DNA of 64,000 bases from Rhodosorus marinus CCMP1338 (Eukaryota > Plantae > Rhodophyta). Where the stretch lies: the NCBI GenBank assembly GCA_029953675.1, contig JAMWBK010000008.1:1612001-1676000 (forward strand), in the 5' to 3' direction. Of this stretch, positions 47,899 to 59,010 are shown piece after piece (position 1 is the stretch's first letter; every line of letters begins with the position of its first letter). The notes beneath the pieces are model-generated. The model was given only the letters and a program-made list of their open reading frames with translations. It made no database searches and was not told the DNA's origin. The translations under genes were made by a program, and so were the position numbers.

Positions 47899-48390
47899 AC
47901 ATACTAACATAGCCTGATGCGCTAAGTAAGACGTAAAAGGAAACTAGGGACTAGGAAGAAGAGCATGTAAGCCCAGGCGACGGTGGCGCGCCTCGGCGAG
48001 CATGTTGCTAGAATACCGCCAGAGTGCGATACTTAAACGGCTTATTTACCAGCAGCAGATATTCTTCAGGACGTTCGGTAAAACACTTACGTAGCCACTC
48101 CAAGCTTGACTTTTCCAGATGCCCAAAGGTTTCCACAATGAAATGCTGGAACCTGTGAGACCAGCCCTCTTCCCGGGGAAGACTGGCCATGCTCCCAGCG
48201 TACCGTCGTTCCTTCACACGGCGAAGTACAGAAGCTGCAGCCCCCCTCCGTAGACGGCAGACGGGAGATATGTACCGGACACGGGGCAAGTGACACCGAG
48301 GCCCACATATGCTGAGCGTTTGGCGGCTGCGTACGAAGCCAGGAGATCTGCGATGTAACGAGTAGAGGTGGTTGCAGAGGGTGTACTAGG
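47899..48390 (-). mobile_element. CRE-like subfamily A, 3' fragment c8, head-to-tail with c7
   Basis: ADLLASYAAAKRSAYVGLGVTCP, KERRY, FQHFIVETFG. Confidence 0.8.
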
Positions 48391-48399
48391 CGGTGCTGA

Positions 48400-48830
48400 T
48401 TCCATCTTGCCCGTGCTGTCAACTCTTGTCAAGCGTTCGCTCAGGATGTACTTCCGGCGCGTGTGTCTCTTCGTGCGATGACCTCGCAGTAGTCCGCAGG
48501 AGCCCAGAAAATGGTACCCACATCCGTAGATACGGCTCGTACATCCTTGGCAGTACCTGCTTGATGTATTTCACTTGGCTCAACCTAATTGTCTTGAGCT
48601 TTCTATCCCTACGGCCAAATAGTATCGGGCCTCACCCAGATCCTTGATCACGTACAGCTCCGCAAAATGCATCTTTGCCTCTCGTTTGCCTCTCGGGTAG
48701 GCTTTTCCATTCCCATGATGCGAATATCGTCGACATAAACGAACAACACGACCCCCGTTCTCATGTACAGGCAAGGGTCCTTCAGCCGCTGGAAACCTTT
48801 ATTCTTGCTGAGAACCAAGTCAGTCAAGAT
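48400..48830 (-). mobile_element. Ty1/copia RT fragment
   Basis: DPCLYMRTGVVLFVYVDDIRIMG ... IKDLGEARYYLAVGIE ... LSQVKYIKQVL. Confidence 0.8.
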
Positions 48831-48839
48831 CGTAAATGA

Positions 48840-50910
48840 TTGACTAACGATTCAATCAACGATCAGCGGAGCGGTCATTGAGATGAGTGTAATCCGGATG
48901 TAAGCGTGAGTGTCATCTAGATGTAAGTGGACTGTCATCCAAATGTAAGTCGCAGTCAGTGAGCTGTTTACAATTAGCAATTGTGGTTTTGCACGCGGGT
49001 AGCTAGTACCTGAGCGTTTCCACAAGGGTATAAATTCGCATCGCTTAGCGTTGTGATTGTTGATCTAGCTTTGAATAAAGAGTAGGAAGTTTCATAGAAT
49101 CTGAAGGTTTACTATACACTGAGGACAGGATATTACATCAGAGGGTCATGAGCCCACGCGTCGACCTGTGGTATCCTGAGGAGGAATTGGCATCAAATTT
49201 AAGTTTGAAGTTTGTTGGTGAAGTGGGAAAATGAAGGAACTAAACACGTTCATTCCGAAGTTCACTCAGGTTTATTCAGAGCCTAACTACCCTGAGAAGC
49301 GAGAGACAAGACGCTGATGACACGCGTCTACAAACCGAAGTTAACGGATGGGAACTACATAGAATGGAGCTTCAGAGTGGAAAAAGCAATTCGAGCGACG
49401 GGAGTAGGAACGGCTCTACAACAACCAACGAATCTAGACGAAAAGGAGGATATGGAGGCACAAAACATCATCGTGAACACCCTCGCATCGACACATATAC
49501 ACCTTGTGATACGGTGCAAAAACGCACAAGAAATGTGGCAAGCACTTGAAAAAGAATTCAACGTTTGACGAAAAACAACAAATAAGTTGAAAGAAGAATT
49601 TTCAGACTTCAAATGAAGGGAGAAAACCCGGAGATAAACTTCCAGAGGATGGAAGAGATAATCTTACACGTATGAACATTTGGCATACAAATAGAAGAAG
49701 AAGAAGAGGTGGTGATAAAACAATTGAACCAAACCAAAGCGATGAACATATTTACAAGTCTCGACATTTCTCCTTTAAAGTCGCTACCGGACGACTTTGA
49801 AACGTTTCCAGTGATGCAGCGTGGCAAGGAGGTATTCTCCTTTTCGTCTGGGATTTTTGGTTGATGTAGAGCTGTTCCTGCTCCCTTCGCCCGAATTGCT
49901 CTTTCCACTCTGAAGCTCCATTCTACAGTAGTTCTCAACAGAAGAAGAAGAGGCGGTGATAAAACTATTGAAGTCGCTACCAGACGAGTTTGAAAAGTTT
50001 CGTTGGCTGCAGCTTGGCAAGGAGATATTTGCGCCAGATTACGAAGCGATTTAAGACTGCAGGCACAGATGACAAGCACTCAACAGAGTCTGACGATGCA
50101 AGCTGGAGTCAAAATCAAGAAATCATGCAACCATTGGGCGAAAAAAGGGCATACAGAAAACGAGTGCCGGAGTAAGGATCCAGCAAAAATGCTCGGCGGT
50201 TGCAGAAGAGACTGGGAAAAAAGATGGCGGCCTTTATGGCAACTCATGAAAACAATGATGAGGCAGAAGGATGGATCATAGATTCAGGCCCGTCAAATCA
50301 CATCTACGCAGATCGCGAGATGTTTCAGTCTTCGAAAACAGGCGCCAGTAACAATTACTACGTTAAACAGCTCTGTTAACAGTAAGAGAGGTTGGAACCG
50401 TGAACAGAGACCAGTGAAGCTGAAATCACCCTCAATGATGTACCCTTTGTTCCCCGATCAAGAAGAAAGTTGATTTCTGTGTCGGGAATCAAAGCAAACG
50501 GCAGTTTCTTGATCGAGGAGGGTGGTTTCCGGATACTAAACAAGCAAGGTGCTTGTGTGGCCACTGACAACGAAGAACAAGGAATCTATATGCTACGTAC
50601 ATTGCACGATCAACCAAAGTGTTTCATAAGTCATGAAGCAATTGGACATCCTGGAGAAAATGCGACGAGGTATCTGAAACCTGGTGTCTACATTCCAGAG
50701 CTGGCGAGTAAACCAGGATGCAAACCGTGTATTAAAGGCAAAATACGCCATGAAAGGCATACACGAGTTGGAGGAAGAGCAAAGAATCCCGGTGAGCTTC
50801 TACACGCGTACCTGTGTGGCCCGATGGAAGTCAGATCTTTTGGGGAAGCTTTCTATTTTCTGGCTGTTGTAGATGACGCAAACAGATACACATGGACACG
50901 TTTGCTCTAG
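48840..50910 (+). mobile_element. Ty1/copia 5' half: LTR (~48840-49140), PBS (49144..49155), gag, protease, integrase N-terminus; rearranged and decayed
   Basis: TATAAAT and AATAAA, then GGTCATGAGCCC (copia half-tRNA-iMet-type PBS); KLTDGNYIEWSFRVEKAI (gag), C.HW.KKGH.ENEC, WIIDSGPSNH (PR), LCGPM...YFLAVVDDANRYTW (IN). Confidence 0.8.
49270..49327 (-). mobile_element. CRE-like subfamily B extreme 3' fragment inside the copia leader
   Basis: gtttattcagagcctaactacc...gatgacacgcgtc matches 43262-43320. Confidence 0.75.
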
Positions 50911-50949
50911 TCGCAGGAAGGAGCACAGGCAGAGGTGGCTACTTTGCCG

Positions 50950-51110
50950 TAGTTAGCTTCCTGAGTGTATCTTGTCTGCTGTGTTTTGAGATTGGCTTTA
51001 GGTTGAGTTCATGCCTAGGAGAGCTCGTTCAGTGTGGCGTATGAACGCTGCCGTGATGTCGGAGGCGCGTGATGTTCGCCTTCAGTAGTCGTGTTTTACC
51101 CTCGGTGTTT
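50950..51110 (-). mobile_element. Decayed copia RT fragment (paralogous piece at ~29000-29220)
   Basis: DITAAFI...TLRKANYG echoes; the sequence is shared between the two duplicate copies. Confidence 0.4.
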
Positions 51111-51413
51111 GTTTTTTTCTGTCTCCGAATAAGCACGTTCGTTCAGTCTTTTCATACTCTAGTTCTGGCGCGTTGCATTTTCTGACCTACGTGGGATCAA
51201 ATTCTCGAAGAGTCCTTTCAGTTTGTGGAGTACATCACCGGGCTGGTCTTCCCCGGTTCCTCCGGAGACTCTTTGTCTCGCCAATCCTACTCCCACACTT
51301 CCGTTGGCTGCTCTGATCCAGTAATGCTGCGTTATTTCTAGAAGAACAAGCGTGTTTAGTCACACTTGTGGAGACCGTCATTCGAGGGCTAAGAGCCCCG
51401 ACTCCGATTATCC

Positions 51414-51820
51414 GTTTATTCAGAGCCTAACTACTATAAGAAGCGGGAAACAAGACGCTCATGACGCACATTCAACAATAAAGCAGCGTTCGAACGCCAA
51501 GAGTCAAAATCATCTCCGGGAGCAGGGTATCAAGACCAACTGGGTCGCTACGAAAGAGGCCACGAAACAAGAACCCAAACTATACACTAAACCAAAGCAC
51601 CGGATAATAAACGGATTAAACCGACATGACAACTCCGAGTCGCGAAACGTGGAGTGCGACATCGCCTCAGCATACTGCAACTCTTTCAATCGCCGCATCG
51701 ACCGAGTTGCTGGTACCATGAGACCGAGCGCACGCAGCAAGGCACCTGGTAGCCTGAGGCTGAATCCGCGGCTACCTGGTCAGGTTCGCACTCTCCTCAC
51801 CGATCAGTTCTGTCTAGGGG
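51414..51820 (-). mobile_element. CRE-like subfamily B, 3' fragment
   Basis: RRLKELQYAEAM...RFNPFIIRCFGLV; same GTTTATTCAGAGC terminus. Confidence 0.75.
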
Positions 51821-52039
51821 CTAGCCAGCAGTCCCGGGTGGCGGATCCTTTTGCAGGTTGCAGAGAACGCGGGCTCCTAAACTTTCATTTCTCTCAAAGG
51901 TTTTGAAAGCGATCCATCCGTTGCTTCTGCATAGAGCTTGATGTTTGTAGAGAAACAAGCCAGTCAGAACGAAAAGTACAGGAGAAGGCATCACTGTCAA
52001 GTCGCCTTTGGGAGATGTCTATTGTTATCAATAGTGCTT

Positions 52040-53700
52040 TTCACTCTGATGATCACTGTCTGAGCGATTCCACAAGGTTATAAATACACGTCGATTATCA
52101 ATGTGAAGTCAGATCCGACTTTGAATAAAGCAAGTGTAAGTTTGACCGACAGGTTCGTAGGTAATAAAGGCGTCGATCATCCGGAAGAAAATGCTATCAG
52201 GTGTCTCAAAATGGGAGACGACATCCCTGAGCTAGTACGCAAGCCAGGGTGCCAACCATGCATCCAGGGCTTTGTTCGAGATGCACCACTGAGTAGCTAG
52301 CTCCTTCTTGGCAGTTGTGGATGATGGCACAAGGCAGATCTATACATGTCGAGTTTTCTCTCATCCGAGGAGGGCGCGAAAGCGGAGCTGATGATTCTAT
52401 TCGCTATCTAGAAGACCAGTTCTTGCAGGGTCAAGAAATTTCGCACTGGTGACTGAGGCGCCTTCCAAATGTAATTCTGAACCCAGATACCTAAGGAATC
52501 GAAGGTCAGTTGTACCCGCCGTATACACCGAGGCCGAAGGGTGTAGGCCGAGTGATCAACTACACGCTGTCACGAGACGTCCGATATAATCTGCAGACAG
52601 CCGGATGTCGAACGAAGTGTAGGCGTTAAGGACTAATTGCCACCATCTACCTTGGCAATGGAATACCCCAAATAGAACGGGAGTCTACGAAACCCTGTTT
52701 GCCAAAAGCTCTCATAGCTTGATCTCCGATCGCATGAGGTGGTCCAATATGGCTATAATCCCGACGAATCGAAGATCCATCATGTGTGGGTGCGGGAGAA
52801 GAGCAATGTTTTTCGCATCACTATATTTGAAACCTGTATCCCATGACCAACGGCAACGGCTTGTTCTGGCCTGGAGGGGGGCTCTCTGCGCGGTCCTACC
52901 TCGTTGAGGGACCTTAGACACCGATTAAACCGATCTGTCTGTCAGGAAGTGATAGGAATACGTGAAGATACAACTACTCCGCTAAGTGAAGAAGAGAGAA
53001 CTGCGGCGCAATGAGATAGCTGAAACACCAGACGCCGAAGCAGTTTCCGAACAACCCGAAAATCTACTTCCTGAAGAACCAATGCTGGATGAGAACGTTT
53101 AGGTGTGAGAGAGTCTACACGTACATATCAAAAACAAACCTGTCGCTATGGATTGGGATTCGAATCAGAGAAGGTGTATGAAACAAGTTGAGCCCGAGAC
53201 ATACTCGGGTATTCTCAAACGTGAAGACCAGCATTAGTGGCTACCTCCAGTTCAAGCCGAGCTTAAAACAGCCTACTGGAGCACAAGACCTTGGACGAGG
53301 TGGAAGAGATACCCACTGGGAAGAAATTAATCGACGTTAAATGGGTATTGGTGAGAAAGGAGGATGCAAACGGCAGATTGCTCGACTTCAAGAGGCGCGT
53401 GCGGTGACAAAAGCTTACATCCAGCGTTTCGGAGGTGTATCGACTGGGTTGTGATCAGACGTGTGTACCTGTGGTGAGGCTTGAAACACTTCGAGTGCTT
53501 CTATATGCTTGTCTTCGGAGGTCGTACAACCTGGACAGGTTGATTTTCCTACTGCATTCCTCAACGAGAAGTTCATGAGGACATCTACATTGAGGTCCTA
53601 CGACGAACAGACATCAAAGAAGGAGGAGTTCAGTTACATTTGTCCTTATATTGCTCGAAGCAAGCGGCGCCTGCGTGGAATCAGGTAACACTCGAAGGGC
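52040..53700 (+). mobile_element. Degenerate Ty1/copia, duplicate of the 29230..31110 relic
   Basis: Continuous similarity to 29270-31110; TATAAAT and AATAAA LTR remnant; AVVDDGTR, KQAAPAWNQ. Confidence 0.75.
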
Positions 53701-56700
53701 TTCATCCCTCACCGCAGGTACGTAGCATAGTCCACCCTACCATTCTAGTTGTAGCCTTGTACTACCAGAAGCGCCTTGACTAGCGCAACGCAAGCGAGCA
53801 GGGAAGACTTAGATCAACAGACGTGTTCTGGAGACCGTCTGGGTGCTCCACGACCTGATCAGCATCTCTTCGAATGCACCAAGACGCCGAGTAATTGGTG
53901 GAGGAAGCACTGACTTTGGAGGGGTAGAAAGTGTAGAAAACCAGGTGAGACAGGATGATGAAGCAATGAATACCTGAGCGTGTAACGATCATCGGAGCAT
54001 GTAACCATCATCGGAGCAGGTAACGATCATCGGAACAGGTGCAGCCGAAAAGCTTCTCGGCGAAGACGTCGATGGGAGATTTCTAGTTACACACAGCAAC
54101 TTGTGGTTTCTTGACTAAATGTGAACACGCATCGGCATCCTTCAACCGCCGATAGGATAGCTTCCGGCATTTTGCACGCGGGCAGGTGGTATCTGAACGT
54201 TTGTACACGGTTCTAAATACCGAAATGATTGGCACCGTCAAGCAACAAGACACATACCCAACTTTGAATAAAACAGAAGATTGGAGACCATAAAAGGAAT
54301 ACACACCCTCTGCCGCGTTGGCGTCAATGGAATGGCATGGGAGAGGTCTCCACAGAGCGCATTTCTCTTTCATAAAAGGAGCCCGATTGAGCAAGACATC
54401 CTTACATTTTCTCCTCTTCGTAGCATTCTTAAGTGCCACAGCCTGTGGTTCCAAACAACATGCCGTTTACATACAGACGGAGCATTCGGAGTTTACACAC
54501 CAAAAGGTTCGCAATCTGAATAGACCTGATCGGATACTCCTCGTTTTAGATATGTACCCCTTCCGTAAGTAAACTCATGAAAAGCCCTTTTCAGGCCGGA
54601 AGTCCAAAAAAATAAATAACACCGACCCCCTCCCCCCCCAACCAGATAGTAGCTCCTTGCCTTCCAAACCTCTGGTCCCTCTGCATCCCATGGCGGCGAT
54701 CCGTTCCAGCAGTCTCTCTCTTGTTGGTTTAAATATTGCCCACAAACCCACAATGTCATTCAGAGTACTTTTAGAACTATATAACTATTTTATTCGATAT
54801 TTCAATATGCTATTGAACGAAAACAAGAATCGCTGATGTCTAAATATAGAAATAGTATTCGAAAAGAGTTTTCTTACCCCCCTAACAGACCCCTGTCACT
54901 TTCGGAAGACATCGAAACCTGGAATCCTTTTAGAATTAGGGAGAATGTCAGGAACTTATAGTCCTATTCACACCCCCCAACTTCAAACGATAGTTCTCCT
55001 TGCTTTCTGAAATCTGATTTAGAAAACCAAATCCTTGTGGGTGTGTGCGCTGCTCTTCTTCGTCGTGCCCTTTTTTTTGGTTTTGTTCGGGAGGTTGCTT
55101 CGAATGGAACCATTGATGAGGAAGTTGTCGCGAGCAGAGTTTCGGTTCTTTCGGGGAGGCCTTCCAAACCTTTGTTTGGGAGGGAGCTGTTTTCTGGACC
55201 GTTCGGGTATTCATCTAGTCATAGGGAGGCCCGCTGGCCGTGGTGAGAGTAGTCCGAGTGGTAGCCGCATCCCACTAGTAGTTTAGTTTCCGCTATGTGG
55301 CTTATCCGAGGAGCTTGTGATGGACAGGGGATTCGTCCGCTGCATTCTGTGCCAGGTAATTCTAAGCCCGTATTTAGACCCGCCTACAAACCTACGCAAG
55401 AGTGCGAGGACCAAGGTCTCAATGACGTAGTGAGGGCTTCGTGGAGTTTCGAGGGGTGAACCAGCTGGTGGTCGCTTCCGCCCAGTCAATTGGGAGGACT
55501 TTTACACTCTGATCCTTGAGGAAGCTGCTCGGTAGGGATTTCTGGCGGTTCCTTAGTGGAGCAAAGCGCATCGTTCCGCCCCTGCAGATGACGTGGGACG
55601 TTCCCAACCCCGAGGCAAATGACGTGGAACGTACCCACTCCCGAGGCAACTAACGTGGAATTTTCCCAAGCTCCATACTCTGAACAGTGTTTATAGTGCA
55701 CATCGCATTTTGGTTCCAACCAGCTCGCACCTTGTAGAAAGTTGTCCATACAGAGAACCTTGCGAAGTTTTCACCTCTGAGTGAATTCTTGCACGCTTCT
55801 GGCCATGCGAGTGCTATGTAGCGAGCCACCACCAAAGAACGAGGGTCTGTTCGGAGCACGGGTCTGTTCGGAGCACTACAAGCAAATAAAAAAACCAAAA
55901 CGGAACTGCCATGAGGCGCGATCGCGCGCCTCCAACATCAAAGCTTGGTCATCCTCGGACATTTCAGCCAGGTCAAGAGGAGGAGAGCTCGTCCAGCACG
56001 CAAAAAAAGCCTTTCTCTTTCAAGCCAAGCTTGGAACCCACCGGAACCAAGCATCGAATATATCGATATTTTCTATTGTAACTCAGTTTCTACGTGGTTG
56101 GAAATCCTTTCAACCTGCCCTTTCCATACGATGACGGCGTATTGGTTAAGAGCTCAAACGGAGAGTAGCACCTTTTGTTTTGCTTTGTTGGCGTCCTATG
56201 GAGTTTCTGCACGCTTGCGGGTAGAAAACCCAAGCCTGCGTGATTGGTTCTCTAATCTTTTTTTGCGGCACAACAGGACCTGGGCCACCAGGGTTGGCTA
56301 CGGGGTTCCATTTCCAACTCGGATGAAGGCGGTTTCGCAATATTTCCTCCAGAACGGGCTGTTCTGACGTGTGGAGGTCTTGAGGTTGTAAGGTGCAAGG
56401 GGGAGAAAAAGATCTAGTCCATTGAGACCGTCCACGCTTCCCTTCGCCACTGAAGCAATGCCATATTCCAAAAGACCGGAGTTCAAAATTATGACTACAC
56501 AGGGATTCATTCATAAAGTCTTTCGGCTACGAGAAATAGTCACACTGGCAGTTGCTTGATTCATCCTGCGTACCACGCTTGGCTTTACTACGAATCTGGA
56601 GGCATACTTTAGCGGGGAATCATCATCACTATGACAGCGGGCCATGGACGTGGTCTACAGAGCCCGTAAGTATCAGCGACCCGACAATCTAGACATACAC

Positions 56701-58599
56701 ATCTCCGCATGTGAGGTTCCGCGAACTCCCCCCGTCAGTGTTATGCTCCATCTCGCAAGAGGGGGCGACGCTCGACCGGCGTGGACGAGTGTCCCATTTA
56801 TACGTTTAATCTCCGCTTGAGTAGCCAAAGAGATTTTCGCTGAGAACCGACCTCAATTTACGTAATCGCCATCTAAATCGATGTGGTGATTGAAAACAAC
56901 AACAAAAAAAGGATAAACCAAAAATGAACAGCCAAAAAAAAAAAGTCGGGAGTCCACCACCCAATCAACGAGAAAGGTCCAATCCGTCGATCCGATGTCC
57001 CAATTAAATTTCCGGGTTACGAATTTAACTAAATTTGTTTGAAATAGAAGATGACAATAGTTGACCATTCCGTAGCCGAGGGGGTATCAAAAAAACAAAA
57101 CCAAACAAAAACCCAAGGGATGAAAGTCGAAACTTTGCATCCCGAGTTATTTAATTGAATATCTTTACAAATAGTCCAAAAACTAAGATATTGATTGATC
57201 ACGATATTAACTCCTAAAGAAAATCAGATCAAAGATGTATTAATCTGGTTTTCTTCAAACAATCGAGAAATTGTTTTTAGGTTTCTTTAGCTTTCGGTGG
57301 ACCCCGTGGAACGAGCATGTCTGCCTCGACAAACGAGGGAAATAAATCTCCAAAACAATAAAATGTAAGGCGAAGGGTGTGTAGTGGATTGGAAAGCCCT
57401 TCCCCTAGAAGTGGATACCTTGCGGAGAAAAAAATAAAAAATCAAGGCTGGACATTTTTTTTCGGGTGAATTCGGTAAACTTTCACGTACTGTTGCGGCC
57501 AAAAATTTAACTATTACATTTTTCGGCGATTCGCCAATGTATAATTAAATTGTCCACGAAAACCTGCGGAATTTTTTTCTTCATATGTTTTTCACTTGTA
57601 AGGCTTAAAAAGTAGGGCTGGGGTTTTCTGCTGGATTCCCCTTTTTTTGGTTACATGAGATTTTTATTGCTGGAGGAGAAAAGAGGTGCGGTTGTTGCAC
57701 TACTTCATTTTGGTTGCTTTCGGGACAAGCACAGCTACAACATTTTTTTTCGGGATTTTTGTTTGGGCCACCCCTCTCTTAGAGCAGCCGAAACGGGAAG
57801 GGGGGGAGGGGGGAAGGGGGAGGATGGGGGCTGGTCGTTTAATTAAATATCTATAACAACTCGAAACCTTTCCATTTTCAAAAGTTTCACAGCGAGCAGA
57901 TTGGTTTATTGCAACATTTCGTTATATCGCTCCTCGAATTGTCCGCGAACATCACCCGACGGTAGAGGAAATGCCTCGAATATTTTTATCATTACCAATT
58001 TTGTCATTTTACACACCTTCAAACGAGCACAAAGTTTCACAGACGAACAAATTTTTTTGATGGAACCTGGTGGTGGTTCAAAACCCATGAGAGGAGCAGG
58101 GTTTGTGGAGGAATGCACTGTGCCAAAGTATTTTTCTTTTTTCTTAGAATGAGTGCAATGTCCCACTAAGTTTGTCTTTCTTTGCTTGGATGCAAGTGAA
58201 TAAATGTTGAAAACAGTACCGAAAATTATTGTTTTCTGATGAACTGTATAAAATTTCAGCCCCTTAAAGCTTACATTGTTGTTTGGACTTCGGGTTGCAT
58301 CGCCCCCCTCTTACGCCCTGCTAAGAGGCCTTGAGACGATTTTCAGGTTGTCGCACAACTTTTTAATTAATTGCGAAAAATCGAGAGTTGTGTACTCGAA
58401 CTCGCACTACGGGGGGGGGGGGGTTCCCTATTGGAAAACTTGAAATCTGGAAACCATTTCAAGAACATGTGGAAGGAGCGTTCTCTCGCGGCTACGTAGA
58501 GGAACGCGTAGAGGAATTAGTGTTAAGAGGAACTCGCGAAGTTAATCAGCCTACCACTGGGTTAAAAGACGCACAGGCCCAATTCGGCGGCATGGACCA

Positions 58600-59010
58600 G
58601 TGCATAGAAACTTCTCGTCCGCGGATTCTTTGTAACCCAAGGGGCTCGGGTTCCAAAGAATTATGTTGCTATTTTCTATATGTTGGAATCGCAAAGGAAT
58701 TTTGGATACTCTTGACGATACGAAGAGGATCGAGATGTCGGGAAAATTGGTACCCAGGGACTGCTCCAAAGTTTAGGGAGCTGCGCTGTAAATGAGACGT
58801 GGACAACACATCCCGCCCGGATGTTGTCAGTTCCGATCGCGATACATCACCAGAAGCCGACTTCAAATCTGAATTTACGTAGTGGCACCTTGTTACATAT
58901 TGAGTGTCGTTGTTCGGACGAAGAAAAAATCGTGCGAGAAAAGTTGGCAGGCCGTTCCCCGGTGCTTCCGTCCTACGAACAATATTCCATAGATGTTCCG
59001 CGATTGCGAC
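58600..59010 (+). mobile_element. Possible IS630/Tc1/mariner transposase relic
   Basis: RIMLLFSICWNRKGIL, VDNTSRP and REKL...VLP...YSIDV echo the mariner MLxxWWDxxGI, HDNARPH and YSPDLAP blocks; frames are broken. Confidence 0.4.

Noticed and set aside
55588-55670. ~31-bp x2.5 tandem repeat, and 45-bp direct repeats at ~41581/41907
   Set aside because: Real but short and uninformative; no element boundaries evident.
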